A stretch of DNA of 64,000 bases, taken from Leucoraja erinacea (lineage: Eukaryota). Under the pieces are notes generated by a model. That model did no database searches and was not told the DNA's origin. It worked only from the letters and a program-made list of their open reading frames with translations. The translations under genes and the position numbers were made by a program. Below, piece after piece: positions 13,155-25,969 of this stretch (position 1 is the first letter of the stretch; the number at the start of each line of letters is the position of its first letter). Location: positions 22,816,001-22,880,000 of the forward strand of contig NC_073396.1 in assembly GCF_028641065.1 (NCBI RefSeq). The letters are read 5' to 3'.

Positions 13155-13619
13155 AACCCCAGCTATTTTTTTGGAGGAAAAGGGATAAGACAGCCCCACC
13201 ACTTGGCACAGAGTGGGTTAGCAGGCCATCAATTATATATAGTGATTGTGTTTAACGTCAGTATTATTCCCTCGCTTTAATATGCTTTAGTTGTTTCTAA
13301 TTCATACAGGAAGAGATGTAGATTGGCCATTGCATGTTAGCCAATCAGAAAGATTAGTAATACTAGATATGGCAATGATGCTTAACCACATTATTATTTA
13401 CTTGTTTTAGTTTGAAATGCCTTAATTGCTTTTTCATTTATACACGAAGAGATGTAGATTGGCTATTGCATGTTAGCCAATCAGAATGCTTAGTAATTAT
13501 AACTGCACCCAATTATAACATTTATACTGTAAGAACTCGGCCACTGCCTGCCAATAGCAACAGTAGTGAGAACCCGCAATGTACTGCTTAGATGATGTAG
13601 GCCTGAACAATAAAGATGC

Positions 13620-14975
13620 AAAATGGCGGCGCATCGCGGCAGCGGCTTCTGCAGTTCGTCTGTTTTTTTTTTAATTTTGTCTTGTTAAATGTATGTTTTG
13701 GTCGTAGTTTATATATTATTTTATCTGTGTATATGTGGGGGGGGGGGTACTTTTAAAACTTTTCAATCTCTTCCCTGTATGGGGACCCCGACCTTTCCCT
13801 GTCGGGTCTCCGTAGTCGTTGAGTCCTAGCACCATGGAGCGGCCTCCAACTGGAGTCGACCTGGGGCTCCAGTCGCGGAGCCTGCAGATCTGACATCGTG
13901 GAGCTGGCCGGCTTCGGAGCGTGGAGAGCTGTGATAGTGCACGGCTGTGACCCAACTTCGGAGACTCTGGCAACGGCAACTTCACCCGCCCGGATTGCAG
14001 GGTTAAAACAACCCGGAACGGGGCCTTACACTGCCCAGCGCGGCTTTAATGGCCGTGGGACTTACCATCGCTCGCCCGCAGGGGGCTCCAGCATCAAGAC
14101 CCGGAGCAGGGGCTTTACATCGCCCGGCGCTGAAAAAGTTACTTTTATAACTAAACAGGTTTGTTCCTTAATAAACAGACAACACACAAACTGTTTGGTA
14201 GACCAGTTCAAAACTTTGCTTATTATCGGCCGATGGAAGGGAGGGAGAACTCCAGTCAAGTGCCCAATGTAGACACTTCACTGTCCTCAGTCCACTTCTC
14301 TGAACAACAGAATTAAATTGCATTATATAGTGTTTTTTTTGTCACCTTAGCACATTCCACAGACATTAGTCATGGTCAGAGGTACAGGAAAACAAAGGTT
14401 TCTTCAGAATGCATCACATCAAAGGCATTTTGTCACATGGTACAATATATATTAAAATCATTGGCCATTTGTTTTATGACATCTTAGTTTTCAAATACTT
14501 CAAAGAGATAACTCCAGCTCTTTCTTTGCTTCCTCTCTGTCACCTTGTCCCTCATAAACATAGGACACTTGGTTTACGACATCTTACTTCAAAGAGATCA
14601 CTCTAGCTCCTTCTCTGCTTGTCACTTGGGAGACAATGTTATAGTATTTATTATCTCACACACCGCAACCTGAGGCAAGCCTAATTTGAGACTAAATATA
14701 AGCTGTACGCTAGCCCAGAAGCCAATTTAATATCTTCTTATATTTTTAACCAAAATTCGGCTTTATCAGCGTGGCCTTAACGGACTTACCATCACCCACC
14801 AGGGGCTTGAACAACGGGGGAAGAATAAACACCAAGACTTTGCCTTCCATCACAGTAAGGAGGGGTTTGGAGATTCACTGTGATGGATGTTTTTTCATGT
14901 TTGTATGACTGCAGAGACTTAATTTCGTTTGAACTTGGGTTCAAATGACAATAAATGGTATTCTGATTCTTCTGA
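13620..14975 (+). repeat. Unclassified GC-rich interspersed repeat, interrupted by a solo LTR; relatives at ~32930-33725 and ~58437-59408
   Basis: Shared 5' ctgcagtccgt/T-rich head and 3' gccttccatcacagtgaggagg...tgacaataaa followed by a short tandem tail, consistent with a non-autonomous retroposon. Confidence 0.6.
14131..14768 (-). mobile_element. Solo LTR (same family as 51349-52296)
   Basis: Minus strand reads TGATAAAGCC...ACTTTTTCA. Flanks GCGC/GCGT (4-bp TSD, one change). Aligns end-to-end with 51349-52296. Confidence 0.75.
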
Positions 14976-15928
14976 TGTTTGTGCTTCAACCTGTGTGAGA
15001 CTAGGGTATTTACTTGTGTGAGATTAGGCTCTTTACAACTCTCTTCTCAATTCTATTTTATTTAAATCTGTGCAAAATTTCATGTAGTCCCGAGACATGG
15101 GTGACGAAAGTTGATTTCTAGACACATTTGAGGCTCGTCCCACAGCCTAGGAGGGAATATTCCAGTTCTGATGCGCAAACAGGGGTAGTGGATAGACAAG
15201 GTACCGATGGCGTCCGTGGGTTTGGAATGGACTCGTGTTTTCTCCGAATCGGAGATAGAGACGAAAGCGAAGAGAAGAGTCGGGGCTCGAGCAGAGGAAA
15301 GTGGGAGCTGGTTGGAAACTGGCAGTGAGGGAGATAAAGCGTTAAAGTGGCGAACGAGAGCAGGAAGCAGCACCGATACAGACATGATGTACCTGGGAGA
15401 GAGGTGAACGAATGGTCTGGCGGTGATTGAACAACAAGGAATAATCTACGTGTTCTACAGGGAGAGAGACGGAGCCTGAGCACAACGGGCTCCCACCTGG
15501 AGCCGGGAATTAGGTTTGAATCCATTCTTCCAAAGATACGTTCCGAAGAAAACGAATCTGTTATGTGGAGAGCAAACGTGCTACACATTTTCAGAATCGC
15601 CGGACTTTAGGACCTGGGGGAGCCCGAAGCTCAGAGCTTGCTATGGGCCGGATAAAGACTCGCGGCGGGCCGGGTGTGGCCCGAGGCCATAGTTTGGAGA
15701 CCTCCCCTGTTCTAAGCTCTAAGTATGAAGGGAGCCAATTCCCGCCAGACCATTGCAGGAAGAAATTCAGCTACAGATGAAGGCCACATTTACCTCAAAC
15801 CTGTGAAATCCATTGCTGACGGCGAGTTTTCAAGCTGAAACTGACTCTGCCGCAGACACAGCGTCGCCTGTTAAACGTTGCCGGAGTTGAGTGGTTTGGT
15901 TTCACGGTCACACCGATCAGTGTCGGGG

Positions 15929-16883
15929 CAGGGCCGGCCTTAAGCCGATTGGACTGATTGCTCCCAATTGGGCCCCGCGAGTAAGGGGGCCCTGCGCCAG
16001 AGTAATCTATTCTCGGCTCGGGTAGATCTACCCGGGGTGGAGGGGGAAGAAAGGAGTAGACGGGGAGGGGCAATGGAGAAGGGGGAGGTGGGTCGTTCCC
16101 TCACGGTCCCGGGGCAGCGGTCCCGCCCCTCCAGTCGCCGTGCTTCATGCACACAGCCCCGGATCCAGCCCTCTCTCTCCCCGGGGGGACGCGGTGAACA
16201 ATACACGGAGGGCCGGGCAGCGGGATGGAGCAACGTTTACAAATCTCGGCCTCAGCTCACACCCGTCCGCCCGGGGCATCCGCTCCCGCCGCCGGCCCGC
16301 TCCCTCCCTTCGCTCCTTCTCTCCTTCCTTCCCGCCCTCTCTCTACTTCCATCCCTCCCGTCCTTCCTCTCTTCTCTCCCTCCCACCCTTCTCTCCCTCC
16401 CACCCTCCCTTCTCTCCTTCCCTCCCTTCCCTCCTTTCCTCCCACACACACATAACGCACAGCCAACTAACACACACAACGAAGTTAGGATGGGGCTGAA
16501 GCCCAAAATGTAATGGTTTTTCACCAATGGTTATTGGTTTTCCAGAATCTATTTAATTAAATTACTTTTTTTTCATTTCAGTCACTAAAACAAGTGGGAT
16601 TGTACCTATATACTTTTCAGAGGTGATCTACACATTTTGTTTGTTACTTGTCGGCTTACATGTATGCAATTTTATATTAAAATGTAGCTTAGATCTGTTT
16701 GGTCCATTAACTTGCAGGCACTTTTTAAGCGCACATTTTGATTACTTTGCATTCTACCATAGAGATATAACGTCTATAATAGACTTTAATTATATTTCTA
16801 AGAATCTCCAGACCTTGGCTGTGAACCTATGGCTCACCAAAATTGTTCCCAATTGGGCCCCGCACTTCCTAAGGCCGGCCCTG
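15929..16883. mobile_element. Non-autonomous hAT-type element in the P450 gene A promoter
   Basis: TIRs CAGGGCCGGCCTTA...TAAGGCCGGCCCTG. 8-bp TSD GTCCGGGG (left copy lacks one C). Absent from the paralogous promoter near 53996. Confidence 0.8.
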
Positions 16884-17134
16884 GTCCGGGGACAGCTGAG
16901 TGCGGCTCCCTCCCACTTGCCACCAACGTTAGTTGCCCTGACGCCACGTTACTGAATCCGCAGCAAAGAGGTGGCTCCTCGCTCGTCGCCGCCGCCCTCG
17001 CTGACACCTTTAATTTTCAGGTTTCAGGAGGAGGGTTTAAACAGAGGCGAGTGGGGCTGAAGGTGAGAGACACTGCGGCCCGGGACCCTGCTCTGGGGCG
17101 CTGACAGGAGCGAGAAGTCAAGGGGAGCCCAGAG
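16884..17134 (+). promoter_or_regulatory. Proximal promoter/5' UTR of P450 gene A
   Basis: TATA-like TTTAAA at about 17036, roughly 100 bp before the ATG. Nearly identical in the duplicate at 53996-54247. Confidence 0.5.
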
Positions 17135-17335
17135 ATGACGTTGGGCAGCGCCTTCCCGCTGGACGCAGCCACTTTACTGATCCTCGGCGCCCTCTCCCTC
17201 TTGCTCCTCCTTTACTTTCGCCGCGGCTCGAAGTGCCATGGAGCGCTCAACCTGCCCCCGGGACCCCCTTGTCTGCCCATCATCGGTCACCTGCACCTGA
17301 TGGATCTGAAGAAGCCCCACGAGAGTCTCATGGAG
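17135..17335 (+). CDS. Cytochrome P450 family 2 (CYP2K/CYP2W1-like) gene A, exon 1
   Basis: TM anchor, basic stop-transfer and PPGP hinge (LPPGPPCLPIIGHLHLMDLKKPHESLME). GTAAGA donor, phase 0, 201 nt. Confidence 0.92.
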
Positions 17336-17344
17336 GTAAGATGG

Positions 17345-20300
17345 GGCAGGAGGAGTCAGCGGTCGGCAGGACCTGTCGTGGGAACGCCGTTGAACCTCAT
17401 GCTTCTGTTCAATCCGCAGCTGGACAACGGCAGGCTCGAATACCTTGGGTAGCAGGGTCTGTTGAGCGATCGGCATAGGTGGCCTGGTTGTCCTCGACAT
17501 TAGACCCTGGGCAGGGGAACCCATGGTCGGGTCACGAGAGATATTATGGAGGTTAAGTAAGCCCAGGTAGAAGTCGGAGTTAGACAGGCGGGAATGCTCA
17601 AGCAGACCCTTTAGCACTCCGCACGGCCCGCTCGTCAAGGCAGTTGCTTTGTGGATACTCCGGGCTGCTAGTGTAGTGGTGAAAGTTCCACTTGGCAGCG
17701 AAAGATTTGAATTCAGCACTGGTAAATTGTCGGCCATTGTCAGTTTGTAAGCGGACAGGGGCACCGAAGGTGGCGAAGTGCCTGCGCAGTCTGCTGATGA
17801 CCATCTCGGAGGTGATTGAAGGAAGTAGGTCCACCTCGAACCAGTTGGAGTACGAGTCAACCAGGAGGAGAAACTGCTTGCCCCGCCATTCGAATATGTC
17901 GGCAGCCTGCGATGTCCAGGGCGTGGCAGGCGCTGGCTGCTGCAAAAGGGGCTGCCCGCTGCTGGTGCGGGGCGAGGTTGTTGCAGGTGGAGCAGGAGGA
18001 AACTCGGTCCCTGATATATTTGGCCATACCAGGCCAGTAGAATTGTCCCTGAGCGTGAGAAATAGTGGCATCGACCCCAGGATGACCGCGGTGGGCTGCG
18101 TTGTAGTATAGATCACACAGAGAGGCTGGAACCACGACCTTGTGGCCTTTGACGATAACACCATCTTGGAGCACCAGCTTATCGCGGACCAGAAAGAACG
18201 GTTGGGCACCCGATGGCAAAGTTGTCCGTTTGTCGGGCCAGCCGCACTTGATGACAGCTGCGAGCTGCTGCAACGCAGTGTCAGCGGCGGTGTGTTTGAT
18301 CAGGCACTGAAGTTGCCTGGTTGGGACGATGTTGACATTCAGTACCAAGAGGTTTTCTTGCTCGTAAGGGTGGCAATCACAGGAGGCCCGCGGGGCACGA
18401 GATAGGGTATCGGCCACATGCATTTTAGTGCCCTTTTTGTAGACCAGTTGGAAATCAAAACGCTGGAGCTGGAACATCGTGCGCTGCAGTCTGGCAGGGG
18501 CAACATATATGGGCTTGCTAAGAATTGTCACTAATGGCTGGTGGTCGGTCTCAACCGTGAATCTGCTGCCGAAAAGGAAGTCTTTAAACTTGGAACAAGC
18601 AAACACAACCGCGAGGAGCTCCTTCTCGATCTGAGCATACCATTGCTCCTTGTCGGTCATGGTTCGCAAGGCATACGAAACAGGTAACAGCGATCCGTCA
18701 TCAAAGAGCTGCAGGCAAGCAGCACCGAGTCCAAAACGGGAGGCATCACAGGTAACAACAATGGGACGGCGCAGGTCGAATAATTTAAGTGTCGGGGTGC
18801 TGGTCAGCTTAGATTTCAGAAATTCGAAAGCCTGTTGGTGTTGTGGGAACCAGGACCAGGCAGTGTCTTTTTTAGTTAGTTGCCTCAGGGGCGAGCTCAG
18901 CCCACTGAGATTAGGTATAAACTTACCGAGGTAATTGACCATGCCCAGGAAACGTTGCAGACCGAGGACGTCGGTTGGGGCTGGCATCTCGGAAATTGCA
19001 GCAGTCTTTTATGGGTCAGGCTTTAGTCCATCAGAAGTGAAGATGTGTCCGACGTAAGGCACTTCACAGACGTGAAATCTGCACTTTTTTATGTTCAGTT
19101 TTAAATTGATCTGTCAAGCCCGGTCCAGGACCCGGCGTAGGTTTTTTGTCATGTTCAGCGGCATTCTCCCCGTAGACTAGGATATCATCCATGATGATGG
19201 TGCACAGCATGCCAGTGAACAGCTGTTCCATGGACCTCTGGAACACCTCGCTGGTAGAGTTAATTCCGAATGGCATCCACAGGAATTTGAATCTGCCAAA
19301 AGGAGTGGCAAACGTTGTCAGATTGGAGGAGCGTTTGTCGAGTGGTATCTGCCAGAAGGAACTCTTGGCATCGAGGGCGGAGAAAACCGTGGCCTGGCCG
19401 ACTTGAGCCGCAACATCTCCCACGGTTCTCATGGGGTAGTGTGGTCGCCTAATTGCGAGGTTCTGGTCCTTTGGGTTGATGCACACTCTTATCTCGTTCT
19501 TGTCCTTTTTTAGCGTGGCAACCATGGTGGAGACCCACTCGGTGGGCTCGCTGACTACCTCCAGCACTCCCATCGCTAACATGCTCTTCAGCATCAATTC
19601 AACCTTGTCCTTCATATGGAGGGATATTCCGTGTAGTGCACGGACCACAGGCGCCACCTTTGGGTCGGTGGCGATCTTGTAGACGATAGGCAGTTTGCCC
19701 AGCTCATTATCAAGCAGGTCCGGGTACTCAGATATTGGATCCAACATCACCCGCACCTCATGGACAGTGCGGTCGAGCGCGACTAGTCCCGGGTCCTGGC
19801 ATGCCTGGTTGCCCAACAAAGTCACACAGTCAGAGTCGAGAACATAGAACGTGAGAGCCCGCGATGACCTCTGCAGCACACGATTGAAAATGGCCTTGCC
19901 CACTGGTTTCAGGACCTCGCCCCCGTAAGCATGTAAAGTCGAACGGTCCGCACTTAGTTGCTCATTATGCCTAATCTTTCTGAACGGGTTTGTTGACATA
20001 ACATTGACCTTCGCCCCCGTGTCAAGCTTAGCAGAGAAGGTCGAATTGTTGACAGTAACGAGGACCGAAGGATCCGTGAGTCGAGCAGGTGCGCACCAGG
20101 AGTGTGAAAACACTAGCATCTCCTTGAAAACTAATTGGCTCAGAGTCGTGGGCAGTGTCGAGAGACGATTGGGAACCAAACTCGCTATCAACTTGCACCA
20201 AGTTGTTTAGGACTTGTCTAGAAGCTGGGGGAAGTTTCCCACGGGAGCGGCAGACAGCCGAGAAATGATTCAATTTCTTGCAGAAATTGCAGGATTTTCT

Positions 20301-22073
20301 GTAAGCCGGGCACTGCGACTGCATCGAATGCACATAACCGCAATTAGGGCATTTTTTAACGCCTTGGCCGCCGGGGACGTAGATGGCCCGCGACATGGGT
20401 CTGGTGTTGACTATGTTAGGACGTTGAGACCTATTGAGACCAGTTAAATTAATCGATTTATTATCAGACCCCCCGCTGTCCGAACAGCGGGTCAACGACT
20501 TCAGCCAACCGGCATGCGTGCATGGCTTCGGTTAGAGTAAGATCTGGTTTCCTTAATAGCTCCGATCGTAACTTCTGTTCGAGCATCCCTGTCACTAGAA
20601 TGTCTCTAGTAAGCTGTTCAGTCATAGTATCAAATCGGCACCTCTGAGAGAGGTAAAGCAGATCAGCAATAAAACATTCAACAGGCTCATCATGCTGCTG
20701 CTTTCTCTTCAAAAAAATTGGCTCTCTCTAAAATGCGGTTAGAGGGCAGGTAACAGCTCAGTGAATTTTCGCAACAGACATACCGGGCCGTCGGCAGACT
20801 CTGCAGGTACTTGGACCTGATCATGTTCATCCCGGACCGCGGGACTGTAGGTGAAGGCTTGTGCTCTCCTCATGGCATCAGGACCAGCAAGATTTAGAAG
20901 AAGGGAAGCTTTAACGGCATCAGGATCGTTGCGATGAGCAATGTTCATGTAGTGCGTAAAATCCATCTCAAAAGTCGCCCAGCGCTCCGCTATGTCTGCA
21001 TCAAAGACCAGGGGCGCGGGTTTGCGGCATGAGGATGCCATGGTGACACAAGGAGAGGAAAACTCCAACAAAGAAACAAACCCAAGAAATAAAATCCGAT
21101 AAACAGGAGGCGCGAGATTTAACTTGCCGACACCATGTAAAGAAGTGAATCTGACACACTTGTAACTTTACTTAACTCTTTTTTTTAAATTAAAAAAAAT
21201 ATATATTTTATTTTATTAGAAGTAAGTACAGTCATATGGCACCAAAGTGCCTAATATATATTTTCATAATACATTTTATGTTTTTTGTTACATTGAAAAA
21301 AGATTAGAATAAGTAAAATAAGTTAGATAGTAAAGGATAGAAAGATGTGAAATATATAATGTGTGAAGAAAGAAAACGAGTAAATGAAGAAAGTTGAGAG
21401 AGAAAATAGAGAAAAGAAAATAAAATAAAAAAGAAAAGGAGATCATTATAATCTTGACCAACCCTCGTCCAGTCCTGAAACAGTTATTTTTTACAATTGT
21501 GTTGCACCATATGATTCCAAAAAAACGACGAATGGAGACCAACTCGTTATGAATTGGTCTGCTTTATCCATTAGGAGGAATCGCATTTCCTCAAGATGAG
21601 TGGTGTCCAACATACAATACATACATGCAATCCACATTTTAAGCGTTGGTATTGATGTACCCTTGCAAAATTTAAGTATTAATTTTTTTGCTATTATTAA
21701 ACCATAGTTAAGGAATAGATTTTGAGATGTGTTCAATTTATTCCCATCTTCCATTACACCAAATATAATCATTTCAGTATTAGGTTCCACTCTTGTCTTG
21801 AATAATTTTGTAAATATTTCAAAAATATTCCAAAATCTATAAAGTTTTATGCAGGAAACTAAGGAGTGTGTTATAGTTGCCTTTTGGACTAGACATTTAT
21901 TACAAGTGGCGGATATATTTGGATAAAATACTTAACTCTTTAATAAACACACAGATTAAACATGATCCAGCACTAACTGCATGCAGTCTGTCACCGTGCT
22001 GGAGAGAGCGAGAGATAGGGAGAGAGAGTGTTATTATACTTGATAACTAAGGTGTGGTACTGAGGTAGCTACA
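17345..22073 (-). mobile_element. Gypsy LTR retrotransposon (3'-truncated, frameshifted) in intron 1
   Basis: 5' LTR 21136-22073 (TG..CA, split by L1). PBS TGGTGTC follows it. Gag with CCHC knuckle, protease KLDTGA, RT (LDAKSSFWQI..MDD), RNase H (TCDAS..EKELLA..TDHQPL), integrase (H..H..C..C, D..D..E), in Gypsy order. Confidence 0.92.
21182..21928 (-). mobile_element. 5'-truncated L1 inserted in the Gypsy LTR
   Basis: 13-bp TSD TACTTAACTCTTT (21169-21181, 21929-21941). Poly-T on plus. ORF2 C-terminus IIFG...LIIAKKLILK...PTLKMW. Confidence 0.85.
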
Positions 22074-22560
22074 TTATTTAGTTGCATGCATAAACCATCT
22101 ACACATTCCTTTGCATAATTTCCATACTATTGTATGGCCAGAAGCCATCTCTTTTTCATATACTGGGCGGCCACAGTAGCACAGTGGGTAGAGCTGCTGC
22201 CTCACAGCGCCAGAGACCCAGGTGCAATCATGACCTTGGGTGCTGTTTGTGTGCAGTTTACAAGTTCTCCCTGTGGGTTCATTCCTCCTGATCCGTTTAC
22301 CTCCCACAGACGTGCGGGTTTGTAGGTTAAATGGCCTCTGTTATTGACCCATTTTGGGTCAGGACCCTTTAGACTTATTTTGTAAACCTGTATCTACAGT
22401 TCCTTGTTTCTACATCAAATACGTGTTTCTTTTCATTCCTTCAAATCCCGCACAATTTATCCTATGATCTCTTTAGCCACCCAGTCCGCAATTATCAGTT
22501 ATTTTTTAAAGTTTACCAGACAGACCCGCTACACAGTGCCTCAAGTATGTATCTGTATGC

Positions 22561-23465
22561 TATAGGGAGGTTTCACGGCAATCGGGTCACGACCCATGAC
22601 CCGTACTGTTGCTACGTTACACCAAGTGGAGTACACGCGATGAACTGCAGGTAGGCACTTACCGTTGTTTCCAGCGTAGCGGGCCCGTTAAAACCAGCCG
22701 AATTTGTCAATTTTTGCACTGTAAATAATTATGGAAATCGGGATAAGCGTGCGAGACATTTATCCTACTTCAGAATTCCAAAAGTGAGGAGAAATAATGG
22801 TAGATACAAGCGAGAGCTGAAGGGACAACAACAGCCAGAGTGCTTGGCGAACATTGGCCGTTTGCTCACTGCATTTCATCAACTAAGGCATTATTTGTGT
22901 TTTTTCTTGATTCCTTTGGCATCTAAAAAGTTTCAGAAGTGATAAATCTGGCTGTAAAATGTTAAAATCACCCATGGTTCTCAAGTGGGTTTTTACATAC
23001 AAAAAGAAAATGCCTCCGAAGCAAAATTTACAGCCAGATTTATCACTTCTGAGACTTTTTAGATACCCAAGGAATCAAGAAAAACTACAAATAATGTCTT
23101 ACTGTTGATGAAATGCAGTGAGCAAACGTGATAATTCCCAATATTTTCAATTCCGATATCTGCACGGCCAATGTTCGCCAAGCACTTTAACTGTTGTTGT
23201 CCCTTCAGCTCTCGCTTCTCTTTATCTTCATTTCGCTTCACTTTTGGAATTCTGAAGTTGTGTACATGTCTCTCACGCTTACCCCGACTCCACAATTTTT
23301 TACAGCGCAAAAATGCAACATTTTGGCGGTTTTTAACAGGTAGGAAAGTACGTGTTTCTTGCATTAATAACATATACCGGAAGTTACGGATGTCCTCCAG
23401 ATGGATTGAGTGATTCCGTGCGTCAAGCCCTATGACCCAGTGAACTTATGTGCACACCCCCTATA
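22561..23465. mobile_element. Fold-back non-autonomous DNA transposon built from two inverted THAP-domain remnants
   Basis: Ends TATAGGG...CCCTATA. Inverted arms about 22685-22965 and 23024-23340. Decayed FCAVKNC...FRIPK...VCSLHF (THAP C2CH) in the right arm, homologous in the left arm. Confidence 0.7.
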
Positions 23466-25004
23466 ACGCTGTAACATGATATTCTGCAGTCTGGTATTGT
23501 CCTCCTTGCACAACCTGTTGTACTTGTGAATCAAGTTCAAGTTACATTTATTGTCACATGCACCAATTGGTACAGTGAGATTTGAGTTACGATACAGCCG
23601 TACAAATAAAAGAACACAATACACAATAGGATTTATGGATAAGAGTTTAAGAAAGAACTGCAGATGCTGGTAAATCGAAGGTAGACACAAAACACTGGAG
23701 TAACTCAGCAGATGAGGCAGCATCTATGGAGAGAAGGAATTGGCGACGTTTGGGGTCTCGACCTGAAACGTCGAGAAGGAACTCGACCTGAAGCGTCGCT
23801 AATTCCTTCTCTCCATAGATGCTGCCTCATCTGCTGAGTTACTCCAGCATGTTGTGAATACTTGTCGTACTTGTGTACGGCTTGACTTTACTTATGTGTG
23901 GTGTGATCTGACTGGACAGCGCGACAACAAAAGCTTTTCACTATATCTAGGTACTCCTGGCAATAATAGTTTAGTTTATTGTCACGTGTACAGAGGTACA
24001 GTGAAAAGCTTTTTGTAGCATGATAACCAGTCAGCGTAAAGGCTATACATGATCACAATCCATATATGTACTGAGGTATAGCTGGCAATAACCAATAATA
24101 AAACTAATAAATACAGTGAGAGGTTCACAGGTGCTGTAAAAGTGTCCCAGTGAAACATTTACTGGGCTACATACTCCCAAAAAATGACACAGAAATGCTT
24201 CTTATTCAATAAGCTTGATATTTTCCCTTTTAGTTTAAACATAGACCAGTACAGCACAGGAACACTGGTATCGTGTATCTTCAACCCACGATATCAGCAG
24301 GGCTGGATTTAGATGAAGAGAGGCCGTAAGCTGTACCATTTGAGAGGGCCCCCCACCCAATCCCCCACACCCACGACTAGAGGAAGATGGTCCACCAGAT
24401 TGACACCGATTTGCAACCGAGCGTGGCCAATGAGATAAGGCGCTGGAAAGCTGCACTTTATTTTTTTTTAATTTATTGCCAGTGCTAGTGTCAAGTTACT
24501 GGCTTAAAACACTATTATTCTGAAATGGAGGGCAAGTAAAATTATTGAAGGGTTGTTTAGAGACTACAGTGCGTTGTGACAGCATATGTAAGAAAGGCCT
24601 ATGACAGTGTCAAAAATATTATACACCTTGCAGGGCTCTTACTTAATTTTTTTTCTCTGTTGTCAGCCGGGCAACCTTGGCAGCATTTTAAGTTGCCAAA
24701 TGACAGTTTTTGCGGTCATTTAAGATGGCTTGCATGATGCGTGCGATAATGTGCCTGGATGAAGTGCGTAGTTAGCAGTCGGAATAATACTCAATGAAGC
24801 ACTCGCATGTTATTTCTGTATCAAATAAAGCCACAAACTAAACATATTCACCAATCAAGACATGATATATACCACAATGACATGTAGCAAAATTATAATA
24901 CAGTATCTCAACTCTTTTTACACGTTGCAATGAATGCAATTTCTATTATTTCTTTCCACTTCCAAACAAAAATATGGTTGGATTATTCAGCGTTTGATCA
25001 ACCA

Positions 25005-25610
25005 GTGAGACCAAGCGCAGGCTTGGCGGTCGCTTCGCACAACACCTCCACTCAGTTCGCAATAACCAACCTGATCTCCCGGTGGCTCAACACTTCAACT
25101 CCCCTTCCCATTCCGAATCCGACCTTTCTGTCCTGGGCCTCCTCCATGGCCAGAGTGAGGCCCACCGCATATTGGAGGAGCAGCACCTCGTATTTGCTTG
25201 GGTAGTTTACACCCCAACGGTATGCACATTGGCTTCTCTAATTTCAGGTAGTCCTTGTTTTCTCCCTCCTTCCCCTCCCATTCCCAGCTCTCCCACAGCC
25301 TACTGTCTCTGCCTCATCCTTTCTTTTTCATGTCACACCTCCCCCTCCCCAAACTTAAAACTGAAGAAGGGTCTCGACCCGAAACGTCGTCTATTCCTTC
25401 GCTCCACAGATGCTGCCTTACCCGCTGATTTTCCCCAGCTTTTTTGTCTACCAATGGGATCCCACCACTGGCCACATCTTCCCATCTCCTCCCCTGTTGG
25501 ATTTCCGCAGAGACCGCTCCCTCCATAACTCCCTGGTCAATTCGTCCCTTCCCACCCAAACCTCCCCCTCTCCTGGCACTTTCCCTTGCAACCGCAGGAA
25601 ATGCTACACT
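25005..25610 (+). mobile_element. Penelope-like fragments
   Basis: VAQHFNSPSHSESDLSVLGL and GTFPCNRRKCYTC, as at 3690-4385. Confidence 0.75.
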
Positions 25611-25969
25611 TGTCATCTATATTACTAAAAGTCTGTTCTTGACCGGTTTTGGCCACCTCTGCTGCGATTTCCGAGAGAACGCCGCCACCTACAGCCATCA
25701 TTTTTGGCCACCTTGCTTAGAGCCCCCCTCATCCGCATGTGTGCCGAGGATTTTTCCCGTCGATTAAAAATGACAGAGATATTAATGTTTTTACAAAATT
25801 CCCCATTCTCTCTGCTGCCCCCGCTGGCAGCGGGGGGGGGGGGGGGAGGGACTATAAAGCCAAGAAGTGGTGCGCCTCACTCACTCTTCAAGATGGAGGA
25901 AGACAGAGGGTCACATTTCTCTGAGCTGTGAATAACACTGAACACGTCTACTCAAATGTAAGTGACATT

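Noticed and set aside
14131-14768. Homology to 51349-52296 as part of the P450 segmental duplication
   Set aside because: Each copy has TG..CA ends and its own TSD in a different host repeat, so they are independent LTR insertions.
17174-17860. 228-aa minus-strand ORF running from Gypsy integrase through antisense exon 1
   Set aside because: Chance open frame across a deletion junction in GC-rich sequence, with no evidence of a fusion gene.
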